Positions 1 through 11,903 are shown, numbered from the stretch's first letter. The stretch is DNA of 64,000 bases from Dictyostelium discoideum (GCA_000004695.1 CM000151.3:8288001-8352000); one strand, 5' to 3'. Notes: a model not told the origin generated them from the sequence alone. Numbers and translations: made by a program.

Positions 1-305
1 TTGATTTCTTACCAGTATTCGATAATTTAACAGCGGCCGATTTAAATTGTCTAGAGAGACAATTCCTTGCAATGTTACAATACAACGTTAGTTTGAACGC
101 TTCAATCTATGCAAAATACTATTTCGAGTTGAGAAATTTCTCAAAGTTAGACTCCAATCAATTCCCTTTGAAACCGTTGGATAAATCTGGTGTTAGAAGA
201 TTGGAAGATCATTCAAAGGCTTCGGAATATAGAGTAAAACCATTTAAAAGAAGTGCTAGTGTTGATCAAATTAATCCACCCGAAATTCATACAAGAGCTG
301 TTATT

Positions 306-311
<6 letters not shown>
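1..311 (+). CDS. 3' end (partial) of a cyclin-like gene, PHO80/PCL-type cyclin box C-terminus
   Basis: An open frame enters at nt 3 and ends at TAA 309-311. The translation ...DLNCLERQFLAMLQYNVSLNASIYAKYYFELR fits the last cyclin-box helix pattern (E-LN-LE-FL--L-F-L, then YAKYY) of PHO80-like cyclins. Upstream exons lie outside the window. Confidence 0.45.
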
Positions 312-342
<31 letters not shown>

Positions 343-369
343 CAAAATCCAATATGCCAATTCAGATAT

Positions 370-403
<34 letters not shown>

Positions 404-417
404 CCAAAAAAAAAAAA

Positions 418-448
<31 letters not shown>

Positions 449-1175
449 GAACAAATGAAAAGATAAAGTAATATTATAATCTTTTCAATTATTTATGTAA
501 ATAGAATCAAAAATAAATAATAAATTTAAACTTGTAATTTCAAGTTGAAATTAATAAAAAAAATAAATTATTTTTATTTTGTAAAAAACTATTATTAACT
601 TGTTTTATTATTTACATTTAATTATTATTATTATTATTATTATTTTTTTTTTTTTTGGATTTATCAAGATCTTAAAATAGTTTTGCTGAATTTATCATTT
701 TTTTTATTAAATTATTATCAAATTATCTAATATCATCCATCTCATTGGAGCTCCAATATAAATAAATATATAATAATAAAAAAATAACAAATAATTTCAA
801 GTTTTTTTTTTTTATTAATAATAATAAATTCAGAAAAAACTTTTTTTTTCTTAAATATAATGGAGTCACTTTATTTTTGTTTATGAAAAGTGAAAAAAAA
901 AAAAAAAACCTTTATTATAATGATTAAACCTGGCTATAGCCCTTGTAAGCCTTGTTAGAAATAAAAAAAAAATTTAAATCTAGATAGTGAGATGATTTAA
1001 AATTATACAATTATTAATTTCCAAATATTGTAATAATAAAAATTGTATAACTATAATATCATCACCACCACCACAACCACCGCCATCAATAACTTATCAA
1101 GTTATATTAAATCATTTTTTTTCAAAAATTATTACCACCATTTAATGAGAATACATTTTTTTTTTTTTCTCACAC

Positions 1176-1216
<41 letters not shown>

Positions 1217-1263
1217 ATTGATACAGTATTTTCATAATAGTATATTTAAAAAAAAAAAAATAA

Positions 1264-1504
1264 TAAAAAGAATATGGAGGTCGGTTGGTATTCACTCAAG
1301 ATGATGTTGAACTTGGTTATACTTTGGTTGGGAAATCAATTGGGACAAATCAAATTTTTTGTAATTTCCTTTTAAATGTTACTCAATCAGATATTATTTA
1401 CACTGTTAGAAGTCCAGCATCCAATACACAAGATATGACAATTAAAGCATTATCTGGAGGAACAAAAGGCGTAACCACTCATCTTGTATTTTTACAAGTT
1501 GGAT

Positions 1505-1506
<2 letters not shown>
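1264..1506 (+). CDS. orphan coding exon: open frame of unknown product with no start codon, preceded by AG at 1269-1270
   Basis: The frame is open from 1264 to TAA at 1504-1506, and its composition is less AT-rich than the flanks. Translation: EYGGRLVFTQDDVELGYTLVGKSIGTNQIFCNFLLNVTQSDIIYTVRSPASNTQDMTIKALSGGTKGVTTHLVFLQVG. I could not find a convincing upstream exon, because the obvious ATG...GTAAGC candidate at 931-954 joins into a TAA. Confidence 0.25.
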
Positions 1507-1540
<34 letters not shown>

Positions 1541-1541
1541 T

Positions 1542-1881
1542 TTATTCACATTCAAAATCTGGTGGGCATCTAACATCATCACAATTGTTGATTGGTACAC
1601 AACACATTTCATCTTTGACAGGATCATATTTACATTCAAATCCTGGTTGACATTTTATATCCTTACATCTTGAATCATAACTTTTTGGTACAACAAATTT
1701 CATCTTTAAATGAATCATATTCACACTCATTACCTATTGGACATTGAACATCTTTACATTTATAATTATTATAATTACTAGATTGATCAATTACACATGA
1801 CCTTTCATTATTTTTAATTTCACAATGATATCCTTGTGGGCAACAAAGTGTTGAACAATCTTTTGATTAAAATAAAATTTA

Positions 1882-1913
<32 letters not shown>

Positions 1914-2227
1914 CATTAATAAATATTTAATTAAAAAATAAAAAATAATAATAATAATAAATTATAATTACCAGTAATTATTGGACCATCTGTATCACAT
2001 ACACATGATCTTTCATTATTTTTTATTTTGCAATGGTACCCAGTGGGACAAGTTAATGTTGAACAATCTGATTAATAGATATTAAAATTAATATTTTGTT
2101 TTTATATATATTTTTTTTTATATAATAAAATTACCTAAAGCTGAAGGTTTCCAGTTATCATTACTATTTGCATTTGAGTGCGGTACATAAAGGAAATATA
2201 ACAATGCTTTTAAATATAAATTTTCAT
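1542..2227 (-). CDS. secreted cysteine-rich modular repeat protein (one exon per Cys module), with two internal frame disruptions; possible pseudogene or sequencing indels
   Basis: The minus-strand exons are 2227..2135, 2067..1972 and 1859..1542. The introns are 2134..2068 (GTAATT...AATCAG) and 1971..1860 (GTAATT...AAAAG). Exon phases join cleanly as ...KPSAL|DCSTLTCPTGYHCKIKNNERSCVCDTDGPIIT|DCSTLCCPQGYHCEIKNNERSCVIDQ.... The last exon has tandem modules C-x-PGFEC-x-YD-x-KDE-x-CCVP. A signal-peptide-like stretch LKALLYFLYVPHSNA follows the ATG but sits in a different frame. The ATG frame hits TAA after 5 codons, consistent with a 1-nt T-run indel. A second shift lies between ...DEICC and VPKSYDSRC, where a 2-nt 'tg' is missing relative to the paralogous repeat tgtgttgtgtacca. 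The ORF track independently shows both frames. Confidence 0.45.
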
Positions 2228-2825
2228 TCTTTTATTCATCCAATTTATATTAATATATATTATATTATATTTTTTTAAATAATCTATAATTTAACTTACT
2301 CTTTAAAAATTATAATTAATTATTTGTGTAGTAAATATTATATTTAATTTTTTTTTTTTTTTTTTTTTTCTAATCTATCATTTGATTCAATATGTGTTAA
2401 CAGTGGGTGTATTTGTATTCAAATTTGTTTTTTCAACACACTGTGGTAACACTATGATTTATTTGTTTTTTAATCTTTTTTTTTACATTTTTTTTATTCT
2501 TTATTAAATGGGTGTGGTAAATAAAATATAATAATTATAATTATTGTAAGTTGTAAAAAATAAAAAATAAAAAAAAAAAAATGAAAAAGAAAATTTGTTG
2601 ATAGATTAAAAAAAAAAATAAACTATAGTATTAATTAAAAAAGGCGCTTTTTTAATGGAATGACGCAAGTATTAATTGCTTCTTCTTGAGATAAATCTCA
2701 TTTTATTAGTTTGAATTTATAAGGGCCTTTTTAAAGGTAGGTATGGTTATTACAATTTTTTTTTTTTGTTGAGTCGGAAATAAGTATTACAAAAAAAACA
2801 CAAAAATGAAATAATTTCGTAATTC

Positions 2826-2896
2826 GCCGTGATAGTATAGTGGTAGTACATCAGATTGTGGCTCTGTTGACCCTGGTTCGATTCCAGGTCGCGGCA
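2826..2896 (+). tRNA. tRNA-His (anticodon GTG)
   Basis: The sequence GCCGTGATAGTATAGTGGTAGTACATCAGATTGTGGCTCTGTTGACCCTGGTTCGATTCCAGGTCGCGGCA aligns almost base-for-base with eukaryotic tRNA-His-GUG. It has acceptor GCCGTGA/TCGCGGC, a D-loop AGTGGTAG, the anticodon loop TTGTGGC, T-arm CCTGG-TTCGATT-CCAGG and discriminator A. It is followed by a T6 pol III terminator at 2898-2903. Confidence 0.85.
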
Positions 2897-2935
2897 CTTT
2901 TTTCTAATTTTTTCTAATTTTGAAAAATGGACGCA

Positions 2936-2946
2936 GGTTCAATTCC
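2936..2946 (+). promoter_or_regulatory. external B box (exB)-like element downstream of tRNA-His
   Basis: GGTTCAATTCC matches the pol III B-box consensus GGTTCGANTCC. It lies about 40 bp 3' of the tRNA. Dictyostelium tRNA genes commonly carry such an extra B box. Confidence 0.4.
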
Positions 2947-3534
2947 ATTTTTAATTTTTTGGAATTCCGTTTTTAAATTATAGTTTTGATCAATTTCATA
3001 AAAAATTAAATTCCATACCAAAGCCATAAATGGAATATAGTTAATTAATATAAAAAAAAATTTTTGGAAAAAAAAAAAATATGATTTTTAAAAAATGATA
3101 TGAAACATATTTTGGAAGTGTGGGTGTGTTGAAAAGTGTGTTTCATTGTTTATCATTTTATATTTGTATGTAAAAATATAAAAAAATAAATAATAAAAAA
3201 AAAAATAAAAAATAAAAAAAATCAATTTTTTAAACATTTTTTTTACATGAATATTCTATTTTTTATTTTTTTCAAATATAAAATTATTCTCTCATTTATA
3301 TAACCACACACAAATAATTAATAAAATGAAATCTTTAATATTTTTATAATTTTATATTTAATAAATCGATTTCATTGTATAGATGAAAGTATATTTATAA
3401 AAAAAAATGGTAATTATTATATTTTTATTTTATTTTTTTTATTTTTATTCTTTAATTTTTTATTAATTAAAATTTAAAAAATAAAAAAAAAAGAAATAAT
3501 AATTGAAGAAGATGAAATTAAACCACCATTGAAA

Positions 3535-5100
3535 ATGCAAGATTATAATTCAGATTTAGTAATTAGAAGTTGTTTTAAATTAGATAATGTAAAAATTCAA
3601 GAGTATCAAAATCAAGAAAATTTAAAATTAAATGAAAATAATTCAGAATTTGAAAAAATTCAATCAAAAGATATTAAAGATCATATTATAAATAATTTAG
3701 ATTGGAGATTTTTACATGGTAAATGGAGATGTGTAGATTCATTTTCAGAATATCATGATGATAATTTTAATACATTTGGTGGTTCATTAGGTGAATTCAT
3801 AATGGCATTGCATGTTTTCACTGATAACACAAATCAAATTATTGATTCTGATTCAAAAATTATTTATGAATTAATGTTTAAATTTTTAAAATTAAATCCA
3901 GAGAAATATTTAATTTATCATTCAAATTTTGTAAGATAATTTAAAATTTAAACTTTTTTTTTTTACAAAAGTACTAATTATTAAAATATTATTTTTTAAA
4001 ATTTTTTCCCAAAAATAGAATACATTTGAAAAATTAAAAAAAACAATATTTGGTATTTATCCGGATATGGATGAAAAGTATTTTGATATTTATCATATTA
4101 AAAAACAACATCAATCACAAATACTTGAATTAGTTGTTAGGGATGAATTCATTGGTTGTGAATTTATTAAACAAATTATATTAGGAAATAAAAAAAGTTT
4201 AGGAATTTCACCAAAATCAATTTCACCAATTTTAGTTAAAAATATAATTCAATCATTTTTTAAAATTATTTGGAATGAAAAAGTTAAAATTTCAAATGCA
4301 TTATTTGAAATTGATTTCCATAATGATATGGTCGCAATTTTAAATATTAATATTAATCCACCATTTATAGTAAGTTTTTTAATTATTTTATAATTTTATT
4401 AATTATTATATTATTTTATTAATAATAATTATTTTTTTTGAAAAAAAAAAAAAAAAAAAAAAAGTGTGGTGGACCAGAAATTTATCCAACATTTACTCAA
4501 GAATTATTTAATGATTCTCATATGAATTATATGGTTATTCAAGGGGAACATCAAGTTATAACTGGAATTAGAAAATCATTATCACAATATTTTCATGATG
4601 AATTTCATTGTGATGATCATCATAAAGTTGAACATCGTAATAAGATTGAAATCTCATTTAAAGATTATCTTAATAATTTAAATCTTGTTGCAAATCTTTA
4701 TAAAGAAGTCTCATTAAATCTTTATAAAACATTACCAATTTTTAATGTTACTTTTAATATATTAATACCAGACTCACCACCAAAAATTAATAAACAAGTA
4801 ATTCCAATTGATAATAATAACAATAAAAATATTAGTAATAATACAAATAGTAGTAATAATACAAATAGTAATAATAATAATAATTCAACACCAAATAATT
4901 TACAAGTTAAAAAAAGTAAAGTTCAATCATTTTTCAAGGGAATATTTATTTTTTTAGGTATTGGTGTAACATTTGCTGTAATTATATTTGGATTATTATC
5001 ATATAAAAAGAAAAAAGAAAAATATAGATATCATACAAAATTACAACAAGAAAAAGTTTTCTCTTTAGAAGAAGATATTGAAAATGAATTTGATCTTTAA
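3535..5100 (+). CDS. hypothetical protein with a C-terminal transmembrane segment (3 exons)
   Basis: The exons are 3535..3930, 4019..4369 and 4465..5100. The introns are GTAAGA...AATAG (3931-4018) and GTAAGT...AAAAAG (4370-4464). Phases are consistent and link three ORF-track ORFs. A hydrophobic stretch GIFIFLGIGVTFAVIIFGLLSY precedes a basic tail, and a poly-Asn tract is present. I recognise no known domain. Confidence 0.5.
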
Positions 5101-5205
5101 AAAAAAAATAAAATAAAAAAAATAAATAAAAGAAAATAAATTATAAAGCTTAGTTTTTATTATTATTATTATTATTATTTTGACTTTTTTTTTTTTTTTT
5201 TTTTT

Positions 5206-6334
5206 TTATAATGAAGATTTATTTGAAGGTAATATTGAATGTTTAGTTTGGAATGATTGATTTGGTGATAATTTTACAGGAGTATTGATAGTACCAATTT
5301 CAATACAAATCATATTTTGATATTCATTATCACCAAAATCTTCCATTTTCTTTGATTTTTCAATCCATGGATTCCAAACAACAACATCTGGCATACTTTG
5401 ATAATCATAGGTTAGAGTAATTGAAGTTTTACTACCATTATCAATCAATTGTAATGGTTGATAATTCTTTCCAATACTTTGAGTTGGTACAACATTTAAG
5501 TAAACTCTATCAGTTTCATTTGAAATTTGTACTTTATCATTCACCTCTTTAGTTATCTTATGACCATTCATTTTATCTATATACTCTCTACCATCTAAAC
5601 CTAAAACATAAACATTTTCAATATTTGAAATTTGATAATATGTATGAAATGCTAATTGAAATTCTAAAATATTATCATTTGACGATGGTGATGTTGAGGT
5701 GTTTTTGACATCAAATTCTAAATCTAAAAAGTCTGGATGTAAAGTTACACGATAGATTGTATGAAAATTATTAATGGTTTCTTTACCGCTTGTTATATTA
5801 CAATTCCAAACTTTTTCACTATATTCATTATTTCTTAAAAGGAATTCAATTTGAACACTTTGAGTTTTTTCATCAACTAATGCTTTATGAATTTCCCAAT
5901 CACAATTTCTTGCAAAACCATGTGTTTGAATTTTACCATTTCCAAATTGTGGCCATATTAATGGTACTCCACCTCTAATTGCTTTCATATCTTGAAATCC
6001 TGATTTTTCACTCATAAATAAATGTTCAACTGAATTGGTTTTAAATGATGTAATATGTGCACCTAATAATAATAATATTTGTTTTAAAAAAAATAATAAA
6101 AAATAATAATAATAAAAATAATAATAAAAATAAAAATATTAATATTATAATAATATTAATAATAAAAACAATTATTATTATTATTACTATTATAATTTAC
6201 TAACCATGAATATAAATTTCACATGATGATGTTGATGTTTTTAGTACTAATTTTGATAAATCATTATTTCCTTTTAAAACTTGAATGTATTTTCCTTTAT
6301 TCCATAAACTTTGTAATTGTTCTAATGTATACAT
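5206..6334 (-). CDS. glucose-6-phosphate 1-epimerase (aldose 1-epimerase-like, YeaD family)
   Basis: The minus-strand exons are 6334..6205 and 6062..5206, with an intron GTTAGT...ATTAG at 6204..6063. The joined product MYTLEQLQSLWNKGKYIQVLKGNNDLSKLVLKTSTSSCEIYIHGAHITSFK...IRGGVPLIWPQFG...HGFARN...DVVVWNPW carries the family signatures (IRGG-P-FPQFG, HGFAR, VWNPW). It is about 328 aa. Confidence 0.8.
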
Positions 6335-6500
6335 TTTTTTTTGTTTTTTTTTTTTTTGTTTTTTTTTTTTTTTTAAATTAATTTTTGAGGAAATAAATAA
6401 TATTTTTATAGTTATACAATTAATATGAAGTGTTCTTTTTATTTATTTTATTTTTTTTTTTATAAAGCGAAATTAAAAAAAAAAAAATTAAAAAATAAAA

Positions 6501-6534
<34 letters not shown>

Positions 6535-7203
6535 AAATTCATGAATTGGGGTGTGTAAGTTCTAACAAAAAAAATAATTTCCAGAACAATTGAATAAAAA
6601 GAAAAGATAATTTTTTATTTTTATTTTTTTATTTTATATTTTTATCATAAAATAATAATATATATATGTACAAAGAGAAAATTTTTTTTTTTTTTTCAAA
6701 TTATTGTGTTGTTCAAATTATAATAAAAAAAAATAAAAAAATTTAAAAAATAAACAATTCTAAAAAAAATATAAACCATTAAAATTAAAAAATCTAGATT
6801 TTCTTTTTTAAATTTAAACCATTTGTCCCAACTTTAAAAAAAAAATAAAAAAAATCAAGAACAATATGAAATTATGGCCATTTTTTTTTTGTAAAAAAAA
6901 AAAACTAAAGATTTAATCGAAATTGGATTGAAAAAAAAAAAATTTTTAAAATACTTAAAATGATGGCAAAAAAAAGAGTTTTAATTGGTCTTTGTGGTTT
7001 TAATTCATCCAATATATTTTTAACAAAATAAAAAAAAAAAAAAAAACCTCTGATTAACATTCCAATAATATATTTTTCCTATTTTCTTTTCAAATTTATT
7101 TTTTTTTTTTTTTTTTTTTTTTTAAAATTTTATATAATATTATTAATTATTTTTTTTTTTTTTCTTCTTCTGCCTTAAAAAGTAAATACAGTAAATACAA
7201 AAT

Positions 7204-10020
7204 ATGGGAACATTTAAAAAATTATTTTTAATTTTCTTTTTAATTATTATAAATATTTTATATTGTTATTGTGGTTGTGAATTTTCTAGTATCGGAGAAA
7301 ATAAAAAATATAATTTTACACCTGCATTCCCAGGGTAAGTAAAATATATATATATATTATCAAATAATTTTTATAAAAAATGAAATAATTAATAAAAAAA
7401 AAAAAAAAAAAAAAAAAATAGTGAATATATTTCAACTTCAGATGGTACAAATACAGTATTTTTAAATTTATGTACAACAAATCAAATTTCAAAATGTCCA
7501 ACTACAAGTGCTTGTATAAAAGATTCATCAAAAAATACAGATATAGGACAACAAGTTGGACCTGCAATTTTCCTACCAAAGGGAATATTACTTACATATA
7601 AATCACAAGCTTATCCAGAATGTGTTGGTCTTGGTGGTGTCGTTTCTACAAATTTTACAATTGAATGTAATTCAACAGATAATTCATTTACTTTGGATAA
7701 AATTCAACAATTTTCAATATGTAGTTATAGTATTAAATTTTTAACGAAATTAGCATGTGTATGTCCTGGTGATTGTTCATCACATGGTATATGTAATACC
7801 AATACTATTAAATGCGAATGTAATAGCTATGCAAGTGGTAGTTCATGTAATGAATTGAAAATGATAATATCAACAATATCCTCAACTACAATCTATGGTG
7901 GTGATGTCATGATTTCAGGTGACTTTTCAAATTTACCATTAGAAATTAAAAATAATTTAAAAATTAAAATTAATTGGGACGATTGTAAAAATGTGATAAA
8001 TATAAATAATAATACAATTCAATGTACAGCTGATAAAGGTTATAATGGTAATGGAATTGAAGTTGAGTTCTCAAGTGGACCTTTGTCAACTGTAATACCT
8101 GTGAATTTCAAATACATTGAAATACCATGTCCATTTAATTGCTCCTATCCAAATGGTGTATGTAATAAAATTCTAGGTACATGTACATGTAATCATAGTT
8201 GGATAAATGGTACTGGTTGTGAATTAATAAAAATTAAAACCCACTCAATTGAGCCAACAACTATAAATGGTGGTATAACTAATATCATTGGTGATTTCAC
8301 TATGATAATAAATAATGGTACAACAACATTTTTACCAAATAATTTAATAATTAAAATCGGTGATGATGATGATGATGACTCATCATTATGTCAAGATATT
8401 AAAATTTTAAATGACACAAATCTACAGTGTACTGTTTTACCTGGAAAACAAGGTAAAAAGAATTTAACCATTTCATCAGGACTTTCAATGGATTTTAATT
8501 ATCAATTATTTGAATACTTTAATAAGACTTGTTTATTTAATTGTTCATACCCTCATGGTGATTGTGATTTATTTACATCATATTGTAGTTGTGATAGTCA
8601 AACTAATGGCACAGGTTGTGAGAATTCTAAACTTGTAATAGAGTCAATAGATCCAACAGATGAACCAGGTGGTCTAACAAATGTTGTGGGATTCTTTGGT
8701 ATTCCCACATCGAATTTTTCTATTAAAATTGGTGATTTATTATGTAACAATTTATTAATAATAAATCAAAGTTTAATTCAATGTGTTGTACCACCTGGAA
8801 AAGGATTTAAAAATGTTTTTATATCAGATAGAGATTTATCATTCAATGGTGAATTAATGTTTAGATATTTTCAACCAATTGTTACAAATGCTCCTAAACA
8901 ATGTACAAATTGTGGTGCATTAAATCAAGGTTATTGTGCTTCTCAAGGTTGTATTTGTCATCCACCTTGGATGGGTGTTGATTGTCAATCTCAATATATA
9001 ATAATACCACAACCACCAAAAAATTCAACTAGTCCATCTGTAGAAATTCCAACATTTTCAAAACCAAATTCTACCAATGGTGGTGGTGGTAGTACAACAA
9101 GTACAGATATTGATGAAAATGAAAATATTGAAAAAAATGTTTTTAAATCGTTAATTGCAATTATTAAATTAAGTGAATTAGATTTTCAATCAAATGAAAT
9201 TAAATCATTTACATTTAGTGAATGGATTTATAAAGAACTAACACCATCAAAGTATCAATATAATACAACAATTAAAGTACCAACTACAAATGATGGAGGA
9301 GGAGGAGTATCACCATCATCATCGTCATCATCACTAAATGAAAGTGAAACTAATATTTCAGTAACATTAGAATGGTTTGAAAGTTTAACAAATATTACAT
9401 TTGCAAATGAAAATTTAATAATGAATCCATCATCAATTAAATATACAATTGAAATTTCAAAATATAAATTCTCAAGTAAACTTAATCAACTTCAATTAGT
9501 AATGATGGCAGAACTATCATCTAATAAAACTAAAGATCTTTGCTCAAATAATGAATTTGGTGAGACTTCAAGTGGAGATAATTCAAATTACATTAAAATT
9601 CAAGTTGACAATCATTCCCTCTATGGTAGATTCATAAAGAGAGCAATAATAGACTCAGTGCCAAGAGCAATTGGTAATGTACAATTGGATGAAACTATGA
9701 GACCACTTAAAAACGCATCGTCATCACAATCATATATTGGTATAGTTGTACCGTATTTTGAAAAATCAATTATAATTGATCCTGATTTCTCTGTATTAAT
9801 AGATAGTAGTAAACTTGAATCAAATTCAAATTCAAATTCAATTTGTCTTATTCAAGATCAATTAATATCTGGTTTAACAAAATCACAAATCGCTGGTATC
9901 ATCATTGGTTCAATTGCTTTCCTATGTTCAATAACTGCAATGGTAATTTATTCAATTCATAAATCAAATAAAGATAAATCTTTATTTTCAAAAATTACAT
10001 TAAGAAATTTAAATAAATAA
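7204..10020 (+). CDS. type I membrane glycoprotein with alternating IPT/TIG and EGF-like modules (Tgr/ComC-like architecture)
   Basis: Exon 1 is 7204..7334 and carries a signal peptide MGTFKKLFLIFFLIIINILYCYC. The intron is GTAAGT...AATAG (7335-7421), and exon 2 is 7422..10020. The N-terminal domain is Cys-bounded and may be MRH-like (...CSYSIKFLTKLAC). It is followed by three TIG-like beta-sandwich units (IKINWDDC..., IKIGDDDDDD..LQCTVLPGKQGKKNLTI, IKIGDLLCNN..IQCVVPPGKGFKNVFI), each followed by an EGF-like CxxNCSYPxGxCxxxxGxCxC module. Then come Thr/Ser-rich linkers and a single TM segment IAGIIIGSIAFLCSITAMVIY. Confidence 0.7.
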
Positions 10021-10047
10021 TTAATTAATTTTAAAATAAAATAAAAT

Positions 10048-10101
10048 TTATATTTATATTTATATTTATATTTATATTTATATTTATATTTATATTTATA
10101 T
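10048..10101. repeat. (TATTTA)n microsatellite
   Basis: tatttatatttatattta... is repeated about 9 times immediately 3' of the TIG/EGF gene. Confidence 0.9.
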
Positions 10102-10218
10102 GTACCCCCACCTCCAGCCAGGATTTTTGGATTTTTTTTTTTTTTTTTTTTTTTGAGTTTTTCTATACAAATTTTACATTAAAAATAGTTTATTTTTTTT
10201 TTTTTTTTTTTTTTTTTT

Positions 10219-10580
10219 TCATTCATCTTTTGAATTATTATTATTATTATGAATTTGATCAAAAACACCTTGCCAAGCAAGAATTAAACCAAGGGAAACC
10301 GCTATCATTAATAATACAACAATTGTAGTTATAATTATTTTATTTTTTTTATTTTTTATAAATGATTTTTGAATTAATGAAATTTTAATTGAATCTTCAT
10401 AATTATTATTATTAAAATCTTCTTCATCATCACTTTGATTATTTTGCCTTATATATCTTTGTTCTTGAATATAGTAATCTTCATCTTTATCAATTATATA
10501 TTGATTTTGATAACCAATATCTTCTAATGATTCTGAAAATGAAACATATTTAAAATTATTATTATTAATATTATTATTTA

Positions 10581-10629
<49 letters not shown>

Positions 10630-10683
10630 TAAATTATTATTATTAATATTATATGATAATGGTTTTTCTTTTAAATTATCCAT
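10219..10683 (-). CDS. small hypothetical protein with a poly-Asn tract and a C-terminal TM anchor
   Basis: It is a single exon with ATG at 10683 and stop at 10219-10221. It has an acidic/Asn-rich N-terminal part and then the hydrophobic stretch IIITTIVVLLMIAVSLGLILAW. Confidence 0.4.
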
Positions 10684-11058
10684 AACATATTATTATTTAT
10701 TATTATTATTTATTGGGGTTGTTCAATTCGTTTGGATTATTTAAAAAAAAAAAAAAAAAGGTCGAATTTCGTGGTTAATTTTTTTTTTTTTTTTGTTTTT
10801 TAAAAGTGCCTTTTCATAAAAAAAAAAAAAAAAAAAAGTTCTGTTTTTGATCAAAAATAAAAAAAAATAAAAAATTAAAATAAAAAAAAAATAAAATCAT
10901 GTGACGTGCAACGTTGTTGGGGTTTTTTTTTTTGTTTTTTTTCAAATAAATATTTTATTATTATATTTTTATTAAAAAAAATATAATTTATTATTATTAC
11001 TAATTATTAATTATTATTAATTATTAATTATTATTAATTATTAATTATTATTAATTAT

Positions 11059-11852
11059 TTAATTTTTTCCAAAATAAATAACTAAAACTACAATACAAAT
11101 AACTAAAGATATAATTGTTGAAATGATCCTAAATTTAGTTCTTCTTGATAATCCTCCATTTACACCTTGATTGCTAACTGAATGTCGTGAATTACTACTA
11201 GTTGTAGTTGTTGTTGTGGTGGTGGTGGTGTTGTTATTTCTATATACATTTGAGTTGTTATTATTTCTATAATTATTTCTAGAATTATTATTATTATTAA
11301 TATTTACAGAAGGATCTCTAAATGGTAATTCTTCATTTGCATAATTTATATTATCAGAAGGTTTTTCTAAAGAGATTGTCGTTGAAATTGTATCATTTCC
11401 AGTGGCTGGATATGAGAAATTATTTTGATTATTTTGAACTATACTAGAATTAAAATCAATTGAAACCATTCCATTATTATCATTATTATTATTATCTTCT
11501 TCACTTATATATTGATTTGGAACACTAACAAATGGTAATTCTGATTCTATATTTAAGGTTGGTGATGATGGTGGTGGAGCTGATGGAATTGGTGATGATA
11601 GTGGTGGTGCTGTTGGTGGTGGTAATGGTGATGATTGTATTGGTGAAGTTATTATGGTTATACAACAACCTCTATACCTGTTTATGGATCAAATGCTCGT
11701 ATATTTATAATTGTAATTGTATTTGTATTTGTTGGGCTGGTGGTTGTTGTCGTAGTAGTCGTTGTAGTAGTTGTGGAAGGAGAATAAGGTGGAGAAATAT
11801 GAGGAGGTATTGGCGAACTATCCTTTGTAAAATGATTTGCACCATTGCCCAT
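11059..11852 (-). CDS. Pro/Ser/Thr-rich protein with a C-terminal TM anchor; its frame is disrupted near 11684-11696
   Basis: An ATG at 11852 in good AAAATGG context opens [41 protein letters not shown]...AFDP, which ends at TAA 11684-11682. The overlapping next frame is open from 11691 down to the ORF-track ORF 11469..11059 (...[28 protein letters not shown]...MVSIDF...[23 protein letters not shown]). No GT donor can join them without including the stop, so I infer a 1-nt indel. The region is not AT-rich enough to be an intron. Confidence 0.35.
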
Positions 11853-11865
11853 TTTTTTATTTTAA

Positions 11866-11903
<38 letters not shown>

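Noticed and set aside
253-471. ORF-track ORF encoding poly-Lys/poly-Phe
   Set aside because: It is a translation of A-run/T-run intergenic DNA downstream of the cyclin-like stop. It has no complexity and no codon structure.
1043-1237. 64-aa ORF with a TTTTTTA stretch and poly-K
   Set aside because: It is mostly homopolymer translation, and its 'M' is a TTG. Only the short acc/acc-rich core looks coding and cannot be joined to anything.
2640-2760. Paired AAGGCGCTTTTTTAATGG / AAGGGCCTTTTTAAAGG motifs upstream of the tRNA
   Set aside because: They are similar 18-mers 60 bp apart. They could be a pol III upstream element, but they match nothing I can name and have no supporting structure. They are too weak to report.
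2400-2820. Looked for a TRE5/TRE3 retrotransposon next to tRNA-His
   Set aside because: There are no RT/ORF-like reading frames and no long repeats within 2.5 kb of the tRNA on either side.
3529-3534. ORF-track start codons at 3529 and others (47787, 41697, 42638, 44633, 34962, 19619)
   Set aside because: They are TTG/GTG alternative starts from a prokaryotic translation table. In each case the residue is internal to an exon, or the true initiator is the next ATG.
7556-7744. 62-aa ORF overlapping the TIG/EGF gene
   Set aside because: It is an alternative frame of exon 2 and is superseded by the spliced 7204..10020 model.
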